From contig JBHLNS010000003.1 of the NCBI GenBank assembly GCA_048941285.1, positions 32,001 through 96,000 of the forward strand: a DNA stretch of 64,000 nt, read 5' to 3'. This DNA is from Promethearchaeota archaeon (GTDB taxonomy: Archaea; Asgardarchaeota; Lokiarchaeia; Sigyniarchaeales; SOKP01). Under the pieces are notes generated by a model. The model was not told where the DNA came from. It did no database searches and saw only the letters and a list, made by a program, of their open reading frames with translations. Positions 19,390 to 29,369 of this stretch are shown one piece after another; position 1 is the first letter of the stretch, and each line of letters begins with the position of its first letter. Made by a program: the position numbers and the translations under genes.

Positions 19390-19461
19390 AATTATTATTA
19401 TAAATATTATTTATTATAAAAATCATTATGCATTATTAATAAACTACAAATCAAACCTAAT

Positions 19462-21513
19462 ATGATTACTCCATCTACAGAATTTACTAATTTTGACGTA
19501 TTTGCTATTGTAAAGGAATTAGATTTAATATTATTTAATGCTACGATTCTAAATATATATGAAGTAGAAGATATTTTGATATTAAAAATCAATACTAATA
19601 TTGGGAAAAAAAATTTAATTATCAAAAAGGATTCAAGGATTAATTTAACTGAATATGATTATCCTATCCCCCAATATCCAAGTCAATATATAATTTCGCT
19701 AAGAAAGTTATTGAAAAACCGCAGAATCTTAAAAATTTCGCAATATCAATTCGATAGAATCATTATAATTGAATTGAGTTTCGATTTAGCCCGATCATGG
19801 AAATTTGTTATAGAACTATTTAACAAGGGTAATTTCTTGTTATTGGATGAAAATAATATTATAAAAGTGGCCAAAAAATATAGAAAGTTTAGAGATAGAG
19901 ATATCCTACCTAATAAAGAATATCTTTTTCCTAAATCTCAAGGAAAAAATTTTCTAACTTTAAATAAGGAAGAATTTAAAGCTTTATTTAACAGCTCTGA
20001 TCTGGAAATTGTCAGGGATCTCTCAAGAAGTATACATATTTCTGGATTATATAGTGAAGAAATATGCCATAGAGCTAAAATAAATAAAATAAGCCTTGGA
20101 AAAGATTTAACTGAAGAACAGTACGAAAATTTATATGATTCCTTCAAAAAGTTAAGAAATCAATTATTATTTGGTGAAATAAATGCCTATATTGTATTTG
20201 ATAAAAACGATAATCAAATTTCAGTTCTACCCTTTGAAATTGAAATTCTTTCACAAAATAACAAAGAATATTTTCCGTCATTTAATGAAGCTGTAGACAA
20301 ATATTTTTCCAAAATTGATTCTGAAGCTCTAAAAGGGCCCAAAGATCAAAAAATTGAAGACCAAATTAAATCTCAAGAAAAGATATTAAAAAATCAAGAA
20401 GAATATCTTGAAGAACTCAAAAAAAAAAAAGATGATTACTATAAAATTGGCGAATTAATTTATGCTAATTTAAATTCCTTAGAAAAATTAAAAGCTGTAA
20501 TCTTGGACGCAAAAGAAAAAGGGTATTCATGGGATATTATTAACAACAAACTTAAAAGCGCAAAATTAGAAAATTTAAATGGTACCGAATTTTTTGAGAA
20601 AATATTCCCATCAACTAATGAATTTTTGATAAATGTTAATGGCAATAGTGTTTATCTGGATTTAAAAGAAAGTATTGGAGAAAATGCGAATAAAATCTAT
20701 TCTAAAGGAAAAAAAGCGGATAAGAAGTTAAAGGGAACTATTACTGCTATTGAAAAAACTAGAAAAAAAATTGAGAAGTTAAAGCTTGAACGAGAATTAA
20801 TAGAAGCTGAAGTTGATTTCTTGATTAAGAAGCCTAAGAAAAAATGGTATGAGAAGTTTAGATGGTTTTTATCGTCTGATGGATATATAGTCATAGGGGG
20901 AAGAGATGCAAACTCTAATGAAATTATTTTTAAAAAGCATATAGAGCAAAATGACTTAATTTTTCATACAAATTTTCCAGGATCTCCATTAGTAGTAATT
21001 AAAAATCCAGATAACAAGAAGATCCCTATAAGTACTATTGATGAGACCGCACAATTCGTTGCATCTTATTCAAGGGCATGGAAAGAAAACTGGGGGGTAG
21101 TTGACGTATATTATATTCATCCAGAACAAATTTCAAAAAGTCCTCCCTCAGGGGAGTTTTTGCACAAAGGTTCTTTTATAATATCTGGTAGGAAAAATAT
21201 CATCAAAAATGTTAAAACTGAATTGACGATTGGACTAAAATTTGACGAATTAGAAGCAGAATCTAAAAATGATCATAAAATATTTTATCCTAAAATCATT
21301 TCTGGTCCAAAATCTGCTGTAACAGCGCAGACCAAAAACATTTTAACAATTATTCCATCAAAATCAGATGGTTTAACGAAAGGAAAGTTAGCTAAAGAGC
21401 TCTTGTCGAAGTTCCACAGAAATTTAGAAAAAGAATTAAGAATTTGGATTAAATTATTATCTATAGATGAAATTCTTCTTTCTTTACCTAGTGGCATATC
21501 AATAATTAAGTGA
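19462..21513 (+). CDS. rqcH: Ribosome quality-control NFACT protein (RqcH/Rqc2)
   Basis: FDRI, ELFNKGN..L.D, coiled coil, WYEKFRWF.SSDG..VIGGRDA..NE and SGEFL.KGSF.I.G. Confidence 0.93.
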   Translation: MITPSTEFTNFDVFAIVKELDLILFNATILNIYEVEDILILKINTNIGKKNLIIKKDSRINLTEYDYPIPQYPSQYIISLRKLLKNRRILKISQYQFDRIIIIELSFDLARSWKFVIELFNKGNFLLLDENNIIKVAKKYRKFRDRDILPNKEYLFPKSQGKNFLTLNKEEFKALFNSSDLEIVRDLSRSIHISGLYSEEICHRAKINKISLGKDLTEEQYENLYDSFKKLRNQLLFGEINAYIVFDKNDNQISVLPFEIEILSQNNKEYFPSFNEAVDKYFSKIDSEALKGPKDQKIEDQIKSQEKILKNQEEYLEELKKKKDDYYKIGELIYANLNSLEKLKAVILDAKEKGYSWDIINNKLKSAKLENLNGTEFFEKIFPSTNEFLINVNGNSVYLDLKESIGENANKIYSKGKKADKKLKGTITAIEKTRKKIEKLKLERELIEAEVDFLIKKPKKKWYEKFRWFLSSDGYIVIGGRDANSNEIIFKKHIEQNDLIFHTNFPGSPLVVIKNPDNKKIPISTIDETAQFVASYSRAWKENWGVVDVYYIHPEQISKSPPSGEFLHKGSFIISGRKNIIKNVKTELTIGLKFDELEAESKNDHKIFYPKIISGPKSAVTAQTKNILTIIPSKSDGLTKGKLAKELLSKFHRNLEKELRIWIKLLSIDEILLSLPSGISIIK

Positions 21514-21519
21514 AAAAAA

Positions 21520-22263
21520 TTAAGCTGAGGCAACCCAACTTTTAATTGTTGTTATATTTGCATGGTTATCAAATAAGATACCATTAATACCCATATCAAT
21601 TAACCATTTAATCTCAAATATTGGATCTTTGTAATGTATAAAATCCCATGCTAAAGCTTTTATTTTATAATCATGACAAATTTCAATAAATTTTTTAGAA
21701 GTTAAATTTGATCTTAAACTTATAAAATCAGGTTTAATCTTGAATTTTGTAGGACTATCAAATTTCAAAAATTCACTTATATCAAAATCTAAACCTTTAG
21801 TAAGATTATAACATATTCGACTATTGTGGTAAACTTTCTTTATTTCACCTAATTCATTTAAGTTCCTCCCACTAAAAATGCAATCTTCCAACAAGTTATA
21901 ATTTTTAACAATACTTAATACCTCCTCTTTTATATTATCATCTTTCAATTCAATCATAAATAGCGTTTTTCCTTTTAATAAGTTTAGCACCTCTGATAAG
22001 AGAGGAATAGTGTTTTTATGGTTTTTAGTTGATATATTTTTTATTTCACTATAATAAAGATCTTTTAACAAACCTGAACTATTTGTCGTTCTATCTAATT
22101 TAGGATCATGTAGAATCACCAGTTTATTATCTTTAGTCCTTCGCACATCAAATTCTATACAATTAGCGCCATATTCTATCGCTTTTTCAAATGCATTTAT
22201 TGTATTCTCATCAAAATGCGTTCTAGTACCTCTGTGTCCTACGTATAAAAATTCTGATTTCAT
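21520..22263 (-). CDS. Glycerophosphodiester phosphodiesterase family protein
   Basis: GHRG...ENT..AF..A, IEFDV..TKD..LVILHD..LDRTT and IELK. Confidence 0.92.
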   Translation of the reverse strand: MKSEFLYVGHRGTRTHFDENTINAFEKAIEYGANCIEFDVRRTKDNKLVILHDPKLDRTTNSSGLLKDLYYSEIKNISTKNHKNTIPLLSEVLNLLKGKTLFMIELKDDNIKEEVLSIVKNYNLLEDCIFSGRNLNELGEIKKVYHNSRICYNLTKGLDFDISEFLKFDSPTKFKIKPDFISLRSNLTSKKFIEICHDYKIKALAWDFIHYKDPIFEIKWLIDMGINGILFDNHANITTIKSWVASA

Positions 22264-22288
22264 AGCAGAACTTTTAATAATTGTTTTT

Positions 22289-22702
22289 TTATTCTTGAAT
22301 TAAAAATAGGTATATTAAAATAATTGATATACCAATTAGAGTAAGAATAAAAACAGATGGGTTCAATAGAGTCTGGCCAATAGAAAAAATAACCATTAAA
22401 AGTAAATCTTTCCAATTTAATCTTTTACCGATTAATTCTTTATAATTCGCATAACTAGTAATAATAAATAGAAAAAACAATAAAACAACAATTACTTTTA
22501 TGGTAATATCAATAAAAGTCCATAATAAATCAATATTCATGAAAACTGTTATTATTTCAGCATTAAAAATAATTGACACTATAAAAGATACGCATCCAAA
22601 AATGGCTGATATAATTATTGATCTAAACGCAAAATTTTCATCAGACCGATAATTCTTATTTTTTTTTTTATTTATTGGAGGTTGTTTGGGTATTTTTGAC
22701 AT
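22289..22702 (-). CDS. Hypothetical membrane protein (about 4 TM)
   Basis: Hydrophobic segments; the start is 1 nt after the upstream gene's stop. Confidence 0.65.
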   Translation of the reverse strand: MSKIPKQPPINKKKNKNYRSDENFAFRSIIISAIFGCVSFIVSIIFNAEIITVFMNIDLLWTFIDITIKVIVVLLFFLFIITSYANYKELIGKRLNWKDLLLMVIFSIGQTLLNPSVFILTLIGISIILIYLFLIQE

Positions 22703-22703
22703 G

Positions 22704-23504
22704 TTATTTTCTATATTTTTTTATATTTTCTTTTAGTTTAAAAATTTTATAAATGTAAAAAATTAAAACAAACCCTAGAATGCTAAATACTATTATAGTT
22801 AATATATAAACAACAATATTGATAATTGAAGGTATTTCCGGGGATAATGATTTAATATTGATGAGAACTATTGTACTTTTTTTAATTCCATGAGGGTATA
22901 TTGGTGTATCTCCATAGGTAATATTGAAAGCATATCCACTTCCAAAATCTAATGCCGCATCATCCGCATTTGCATCGTATCCTTTAATAGGTAAAGCAAA
23001 CTCGTAAGTAGAAGTGAGATCTTCTAATTCAGCAGCTCCCTCACCATTTATTTCTGTATCGATTAAAAAAACACCATCAGTAACATTATAATCATAATAA
23101 TTATATTGATTTACAGATATGTTGGTGAACTGAATTATTTTAGCATCAATAAATTCTTCTTTATTCTCAGAAGAACTATTTGACACGATAAGTCCTATAA
23201 ACTCATTTATACTGTGATGCCCGAGCAACAATTCGAACTGAACAGAAATATAAAGATTTATATCATCTTGCATAACCCATAATTTGATAGGTAAATCCTC
23301 TAATAAGATATCAGTTTTATAAGCCTTGTTCCACTCTTTTGTTGAGAGATCGATATACCCATCAATTACGGGAGATTCTCCATATTTTGAGTTGATTTCC
23401 TTAGTGGCACAATAACCGTTCGCTAAAAAAAATAGGGACACTACGGTTATATTAATAAGCACAATACAAGTTAATACTTTAAAAAACTCTTTCTTCAAGA
23501 TCAA
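22704..23504 (-). CDS. Secreted, C-terminally anchored protein with DOMON/CBM9-like domain
   Basis: N-terminal signal/TM, P.IDG.ID...EW, D..LYI and YEF.LP pattern, then a C-terminal TM with a basic tail. Confidence 0.6.
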   Translation of the reverse strand: MILKKEFFKVLTCIVLINITVVSLFFLANGYCATKEINSKYGESPVIDGYIDLSTKEWNKAYKTDILLEDLPIKLWVMQDDINLYISVQFELLLGHHSINEFIGLIVSNSSSENKEEFIDAKIIQFTNISVNQYNYYDYNVTDGVFLIDTEINGEGAAELEDLTSTYEFALPIKGYDANADDAALDFGSGYAFNITYGDTPIYPHGIKKSTIVLINIKSLSPEIPSIINIVVYILTIIVFSILGFVLIFYIYKIFKLKENIKKYRK

Positions 23505-23690
23505 ATAGCCATTTATTTTTAAAAACTTCTATTTTCTGTAATGCTAAATATAAAAATTGATAATTAAAATTTAATTTAATATTTTTCGTATAAATTTTGT
23601 ATATTACAAAAAATTCGACATCGAATTTCGCATTTAAAATAAATATTAAAATTTTAACGCTCTCATTAACCTACTTAAAAAATCTTTAAT

Positions 23691-24170
23691 TCAGTTAAAA
23701 AAATTTGGAAGCAAAACAATACAGTTAAATTTATTTAGATAAACTATAATATAATTCATCAGACGCTTAATATCTCGCCTAGCTTCTAATGAGTTCTTGT
23801 CATTGTACTCAGCGAAAGGTTTAGGACCAATAGCAACCAATATACCTGATAAATCTTTTTCTCGTTTAATGAAAAACCAAAAAGGATTTTGTTTTTCATT
23901 ATCTTTTACTAATATGAGCATCCAAGGATTTTGCGTCCAGTCTTCATCATTAGGACCAATTACTTTTTCAATTGTTTTCTGAATTTGATACTTTTTAGTC
24001 ATTTTTATTGTTTTAGTTAACGCATTAAAATAACTCCGTTTTATTTTTAAATAACCTCCAAAATATCCTTTAGCATCAAACAATTCTAGCTCTTTCTTTT
24101 CTCCATCTGGTAATTTCAAAAATACTCTCCAATTATCAATCATAGTTTTATTCGTGTTTTTTAAGTCCAA
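23691..24170 (-). CDS. Hypothetical protein
   Basis: 159-aa ORF overlapping the upstream gene; no family recognised. Confidence 0.6.
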   Translation of the reverse strand: MDLKNTNKTMIDNWRVFLKLPDGEKKELELFDAKGYFGGYLKIKRSYFNALTKTIKMTKKYQIQKTIEKVIGPNDEDWTQNPWMLILVKDNEKQNPFWFFIKREKDLSGILVAIGPKPFAEYNDKNSLEARRDIKRLMNYIIVYLNKFNCIVLLPNFFN

Positions 24171-24582
24171 TTTCTTCTATTTTTATTTGTTTAAATATCT
24201 TTTTAATCTTATTTAAAGATGCTTTTAGCCCAATAGCTTTAGCTTCATCTAAATTTAAATTCAAATAACATTCATAGTAAAGTTGGTTTTCAATAATTAT
24301 AACTCCTGAAGTATGAATAAGCTGACAATTTTGAAGAATCTCAGAAATTTTAGCAAACATTTCATTAGAAAATTTAAATGCTGAAAATGTTACCTTTATG
24401 ACTTTATCTTTTTTTAGTGGATATATTGAGAGTTTCATAGAGTTCTCTATAATTGATTGAATTATTAAAAGATATGGATTATCCTCTAAGTTTTTCATGT
24501 CTAATAATGAAAGTTTTAAAATACTTCCTGATAGATCTCTAATACGTTGTATATGGGCTTTAGTTAAATTGTATACCTTCAT
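24148..24582 (-). CDS. Hypothetical protein (C-terminal ACT/ferredoxin-like pattern)
   Basis: 144-aa ORF. The LIHTSG....LYYECY...IKIEEI segment suggests an ACT-like fold (weak). Confidence 0.55.
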   Translation of the reverse strand: MKVYNLTKAHIQRIRDLSGSILKLSLLDMKNLEDNPYLLIIQSIIENSMKLSIYPLKKDKVIKVTFSAFKFSNEMFAKISEILQNCQLIHTSGVIIIENQLYYECYLNLNLDEAKAIGLKASLNKIKKIFKQIKIEEIGLKKHE

Positions 24583-24608
24583 CTTTATTTAAATAATTAA
24601 TTTTTAAT

Positions 24609-24950
24609 CTAAATCAATTTTTTCTTATCAATTCTCTTTTTTAGTGAGAGAATCGTACCTGAAGTTTTATATGGTGATAGAATAACTCTTATTCCATCGA
24701 TTTCTTTTACAAGACTTAAAGCAGAAATTAATGTTTCTTTCGTCTGGTGAGAACATCTAATTATTCCAAATTCTTTATCCAAATTAAGTTCTATTAACCA
24801 TAATCCAATTTTATTTGCCTCCTTTAATCCAAAATATCTCCAGATGGATTGCCAAATTGATTTTAAAAGTGAATTTTGAGAAATTTCTATTTGATTTTTT
24901 TTAATTATTTTAAAAAAAATATATCTTTGTCTTTCTTTTCGGCCGATTAT
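24609..24950 (-). CDS. rnp2: RNase P protein Pop5/Rpp14 (non-canonical ATA/ATC start; absent from ORF track)
   Basis: Hand translation IIGRKERQRYIFF...WRYFG...FGIIRCSH...ALSL...KTSGTI.SLKK, 113 aa. It lies directly downstream of rpp30, the conserved archaeal order. Confidence 0.9.
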   Translation of the reverse strand: MIGRKERQRYIFFKIIKKNQIEISQNSLLKSIWQSIWRYFGLKEANKIGLWLIELNLDKEFGIIRCSHQTKETLISALSLVKEIDGIRVILSPYKTSGTILSLKKRIDKKKLI

Positions 24951-25669
24951 TAATCACCATCTTTAATTAATCTAATTTCTGGTTCAAGTATATTATTCCC
25001 GTGTTTTGCGACGCGTTCCAACAATAAAATTGGGTTTAACCTAAAGATTTTTTTTGCTTTGTCTAAAGAAACATCTAAAAGAGAATTGCAGATGCTTATT
25101 AAAGCTCTAGGGTGTCTAAGATCATATAAATCATCAAAATTTCCACTAACGATGCAATTTGCTTTATATTTTAAAGCTAACTGAATAAATCTATAGAGAT
25201 TTCTGAAATTTTTTGATTGGTTTGCTTTGTTTGATATCATGATTGAAGCTAGCGAAAATTCCAAAAAAGAGTTATTCTGTTTAGTAAGTGAAATTACTCC
25301 TGGAGTTAGTGTTTTAATTATTTGAGGATTAGAAAATGAAATAATATCAACTCTTGAATCTCTCGCTGCCTGTATTTGAACCTCTTTATTAAACGATTCA
25401 ATTGAAAGGATGTCTGAAAAGTTATTAAATTTTTTAATTTTTTTTTTAAAATCCTCAAGATTATTTAATCTTAAGTTAATTCGAAAATATATGTTCAGTT
25501 TTGAATTATTTTTTAATTTTTTTTTTATATCTAATGGAATGGTATTCGAATTATCTTTGGGTTCCAAAATAACATTTTTAATCCCTAGCTTTTCGCAAAA
25601 TTCCAGTTTTTCACGAATTTCGGCTTCATTATTGAAATCTAATGGTAGTCTTGATTCAAAATATGACAA
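24950..25669 (-). CDS. rnp3: RNase P protein Rpp30
   Basis: A..DSRVDII, FLEFSL, VSG..D.YDLR.PR motifs; adjacent to pop5. Confidence 0.88.
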   Translation of the reverse strand: MSYFESRLPLDFNNEAEIREKLEFCEKLGIKNVILEPKDNSNTIPLDIKKKLKNNSKLNIYFRINLRLNNLEDFKKKIKKFNNFSDILSIESFNKEVQIQAARDSRVDIISFSNPQIIKTLTPGVISLTKQNNSFLEFSLASIMISNKANQSKNFRNLYRFIQLALKYKANCIVSGNFDDLYDLRHPRALISICNSLLDVSLDKAKKIFRLNPILLLERVAKHGNNILEPEIRLIKDGD

Positions 25670-25793
25670 AAATGTTATAACCTCAAAAACTGCTAAACTT
25701 TCTATAATTATCTTAAGAATCGTAAAAATAAAAAAATTTTATTATAACTAAATATTTAAAATGTTAGTTTTTGAATTCATGTGAGGATTTTTA

Positions 25794-27083
25794 GTGGTTA
25801 AAAAAAGAACGCTTTCAGAAATAAGAAATAAAGTTGAAGATGGTTCCGCTGTTATATTGACTGTTCAAGAATTAATAGATCAGATAAGTGAAGGTGAGAA
25901 AGTTAAATTTGAAGATGTTGATATTGTTACAACAGCAACAAAAGGGCTTATGAGCGGAATTATGGGGATTTTCTCTTTTCGCCTCTCACCACCAAAAACT
26001 TTAAGAAAATTTACTGAAGTTGATATTAATGGTATACCTGCTTTTCCTGGGCCGTGTCCAAATGAATATTTGGGGATAGTGGATCTAATTATCTATGGAA
26101 CTACTCAAAGTCGTACAAAAGATAATTATTGTGGGGGCTCTTTATTTAGAGAAATAGTTGAAGGAAAACCTTTACAAGTCTTAGCCAAGAGTGCAGAAGG
26201 TGAAACCGTAGAAAAAGTTTTAAAGTTAGAAGATATGCAATTTGCTAAATTAGTCGGAACAAGACAAGCAATTAAGAACTATAACGCAATGATTAATTGT
26301 GAGACCTATAATGTTAACACAATTTTCTCATGTCTTCCTTTTCCCCCCAATAAGACAGAAATTACTTTTTCTGGATGCGGAGCCCTTAATCCATTTCAAA
26401 ATGATCCTGAATTTGAATCTTTTGGAGTTGGATCTCCTGTTCTTGTAAACGGAAATATTGGATATCTTATGGGTCCTGGAACACGTAATTATATCGAAAA
26501 ACCTAACATGATGACTATCACTCCATTTGAAGGAATGAAACCAGAGTATATGGGTGCTTTCAAAACATCTTACGGATTAGAACCTATTTGTAGTTTAGCC
26601 TTACCTATTCCTATTTTAAATGAAAATATATTCAACAATATAGTAAAATCTGATAAACTAGTTAAGTTAACTATTTTAAGTCTTGTAGGACGTGAAAAAG
26701 TAGGAGAGATTACTTATGGTGATGTATGGGATAAAAATTTTCATATGAGGTTTGATCCAAATGCGTGTAAAAATTGTAAAGAATGTAAAGCCATTGATAA
26801 ATGCCCTACTGATGCGTTTATTATAAAGGAAGGTTGGATCTCTGCTATAGACCGATCTCGTTGTTTTAATTGCGGTAATTGTACTCACATATGTTCAGAA
26901 GCATTTCAATTAGATCTTAAAAAAGTTAATTTCGATGATAATGAGGTTCCAATTGTTTTAAGGCAATCAGATAGGTATGGAGCAATAAAATTAGCAGAGA
27001 TGTTGAAATCAATGATATTAAAAGGAGAATTTCCTCTAAAAAAACCGATTAGTAAATTAAAATTTGCAGAAATAGTAAAATAA
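25794..27083 (+). CDS. DUF39 plus 2x[4Fe-4S] protein (methanogenesis marker 16 / homocysteine-synthase-like)
   Basis: VDIVTTAT.G.MSG, GPCPNE.LG.VD, FSGCG.LNP.QNDP, two ferredoxin Cys motifs and RQSDR. Confidence 0.85.
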   Translation: MVKKRTLSEIRNKVEDGSAVILTVQELIDQISEGEKVKFEDVDIVTTATKGLMSGIMGIFSFRLSPPKTLRKFTEVDINGIPAFPGPCPNEYLGIVDLIIYGTTQSRTKDNYCGGSLFREIVEGKPLQVLAKSAEGETVEKVLKLEDMQFAKLVGTRQAIKNYNAMINCETYNVNTIFSCLPFPPNKTEITFSGCGALNPFQNDPEFESFGVGSPVLVNGNIGYLMGPGTRNYIEKPNMMTITPFEGMKPEYMGAFKTSYGLEPICSLALPIPILNENIFNNIVKSDKLVKLTILSLVGREKVGEITYGDVWDKNFHMRFDPNACKNCKECKAIDKCPTDAFIIKEGWISAIDRSRCFNCGNCTHICSEAFQLDLKKVNFDDNEVPIVLRQSDRYGAIKLAEMLKSMILKGEFPLKKPISKLKFAEIVK

Positions 27084-27100
27084 GATTCAGCATATCTATA

Positions 27101-27544
27101 ATGACAGAATTAAAAATAATAAAGTTCGATCAAATTGGTATCCTTGTTAAAAATATTGAGAAAGCAGCAGAATTCTACAATGCAATACTTGATTTTAATG
27201 GAAAGATCAATATTGTGCAACAAACCAGCACTGTAAATTATAGAGGGAATGAAGTAGAATTTAAAATGAAAAAAATAATGCAAAACTTTGGTGGGAAACA
27301 ATTTGAAATTATTGAAGTATTGGAATCTACTGGCGATCATTTATATTCAGAATTTCTTAAAGAAGGAAAAGTTGGACTACATCACTTAGGTGTTTATATT
27401 AAAGATGCTGAGATCCTAATTCTCCATTTTAAGAATAAATACAATATAGACGTAATTCAATCAGGAAAAGTTGGAAGAGTCAAATTTTATTATTTGGATA
27501 CCAAAGAAGTTTTTGGGTATTATCTCGAATTGATTGAAATTTAA
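27101..27544 (+). CDS. VOC family protein (methylmalonyl-CoA epimerase/glyoxalase-like)
   Basis: DQIGILVKNIEKA, QFEII, GLHHLG and ELIE metal-ligand pattern. Confidence 0.85.
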   Translation: MTELKIIKFDQIGILVKNIEKAAEFYNAILDFNGKINIVQQTSTVNYRGNEVEFKMKKIMQNFGGKQFEIIEVLESTGDHLYSEFLKEGKVGLHHLGVYIKDAEILILHFKNKYNIDVIQSGKVGRVKFYYLDTKEVFGYYLELIEI

Positions 27545-27609
27545 TTTAGACTTAATTGTTGAATTTCTTTTTTAATAAACTTTTTTTTTAATTTGTAATA
27601 GGTCTAATT

Positions 27610-29346
27610 ATGTCAAGTCAAATTTTAGATGGCGGTGATTTGGTTGTTAAATGCCTTCTAAAGGAAGGAATTACTAAAATATTTGGTATTGTAGGCGGGG
27701 AATTATTAAGAATTTATGATGCTATTGAACGATGGGGTAGAGAAAAAGGCTTAGATACAGTAATGGTAAGGCACGAGCAAGCTGGAGGCCATATGGCAGA
27801 TGCTTGGGCGCGTGCAACTGGAGAAATAGGTGTGTGCCTAGGAACCGTTGGTCCCGGCGTTACTCATCTTGTTCCCGCTGCTGCAGCAGCTAATTCAGAC
27901 TCAATTCCTATGCTTATAATTGGTGCGCAAATAGGAAGAATGTTTGAAGATACTGGAATTTTACAGGGTGGTATCGACCAAATTGCATTAATGAAACCAA
28001 TAACTAAAGCACAAATTCAAGTTGAAGAACCAGGGGAAATTCCTCATGCAATTCAAAAAGCTATAAAAACAGCCTTATCAGGAAGAAGAGGTCCAGTATA
28101 TCTAGAATTCAGAGAAACTGCATTAGTAAGAAATGCGACAGAAGCGGACTTTAATAAAATTTTAGATCCAGAAAAGTATAGAGCATTGCATAGACCTAGT
28201 GGGGCTTCAGCAGATATTAAAAAAACAATTGAAATATTAAAAAATGCTAAAAAACCTCTTTTAATTGCTGGTGGGGGAGTAATTGCCTCAGAAGCTTCAG
28301 AGGAGATAAAAATCTTTTCAGAGACATATATGATACCAACAAGCACTACAATTAACGGAATTGGTTCAATTGGAAGAGATAAAAAGAATTTTTTAGATTC
28401 TTATTTAATAAATAATGCTTACAGAACTGCTGCTACAAAAGCTGATGTAGTGTTATCATTTGGATGTAAATGGGATTATTCAATATTTTATGGAGCATCC
28501 CCAATGTGGAATCAAAATCAAAAAGTTATCCAAATTGATATAGATCCTAATGAAATTGGCAAAAATAGATCAATTGAAATAGGCATTATTGGTGATTGTA
28601 AAGCTGTGATTAACCAATTATTAAATGAAATGGAAAAATCCTTACCAAAAGACAAAATATCTGAATGGTTGGAATGGAACATGTATTTACAAGAACTATG
28701 CAAGAATCAATTAAATACGAATTTAAAAATTCTTGATTATAAAAAATTACCAATGAAACCAGAACGATTAATTTATGAGGTTTTCAACTATATCCCTGAA
28801 GATGCGCAAATTGTGCTTGATGGTGGAGATATTGTTGTATTCTCTTATAAGTTTATAAACTTAAAATCTCGTCCTCCAAGATCAACATTTTTCCCAATTT
28901 CTATGGGACATCTAGGAGTTGGAATTCCCTATGCCATTGGTGTTAAAATGGCAAAACCAGATAAACTTGTTGTTTGCGTTAACGGTGATGGAAGTTTTCT
29001 GTTTAATGTACAAGAATTAGAAACAGCAGTACGACTAAATTTGCCAATAATTGTGATTATTGCTAATAATTGTGCTTGGGGAATGATAAAGAGCAATCAA
29101 ACAAAAGCGTTTAACAAAAGGTACTGTGATGTCGATCTACCCTCAATTGATTACTCTGAAATTGCCAGAGGATTTGGATGTTATGGAGAAAAAATAGAAA
29201 ATCCCGAAGATATAAAACTGGCTTTACAAAGAGCTATTGAATCTAAAAAACCTGCTGTTATTGATGTTAGTATTGCCTTTGAAACTCCCCCTCCAATGAA
29301 ATTGCTAGCGCAATATAAGAAAAATAAAGGTTTATTTGGAAAATAA
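27610..29346 (+). CDS. Thiamine-diphosphate-dependent enzyme (acetolactate synthase / 2-hydroxyacyl-CoA lyase family)
   Basis: RHEQ.GGHMAD, GPG, GRRGPVY.E and GDGSF...NN ThDP motif. Confidence 0.9.
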   Translation: MSSQILDGGDLVVKCLLKEGITKIFGIVGGELLRIYDAIERWGREKGLDTVMVRHEQAGGHMADAWARATGEIGVCLGTVGPGVTHLVPAAAAANSDSIPMLIIGAQIGRMFEDTGILQGGIDQIALMKPITKAQIQVEEPGEIPHAIQKAIKTALSGRRGPVYLEFRETALVRNATEADFNKILDPEKYRALHRPSGASADIKKTIEILKNAKKPLLIAGGGVIASEASEEIKIFSETYMIPTSTTINGIGSIGRDKKNFLDSYLINNAYRTAATKADVVLSFGCKWDYSIFYGASPMWNQNQKVIQIDIDPNEIGKNRSIEIGIIGDCKAVINQLLNEMEKSLPKDKISEWLEWNMYLQELCKNQLNTNLKILDYKKLPMKPERLIYEVFNYIPEDAQIVLDGGDIVVFSYKFINLKSRPPRSTFFPISMGHLGVGIPYAIGVKMAKPDKLVVCVNGDGSFLFNVQELETAVRLNLPIIVIIANNCAWGMIKSNQTKAFNKRYCDVDLPSIDYSEIARGFGCYGEKIENPEDIKLALQRAIESKKPAVIDVSIAFETPPPMKLLAQYKKNKGLFGK

Positions 29347-29369
29347 AATCTAATAAATAGTGATATATT

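Noticed and set aside
24609-24960. pop5 as a frameshifted pseudogene starting at ATG 24960
   Set aside because: That ATG is in another frame inside rpp30. The Pop5 frame is intact from its expected N-terminus to the stop, so a non-canonical start is the simpler reading.
25794-27083. Evidence that the organism is a methanogen
   Set aside because: A single marker-16-like gene is not sufficient, and no mcr, mtr or related genes are in the window.
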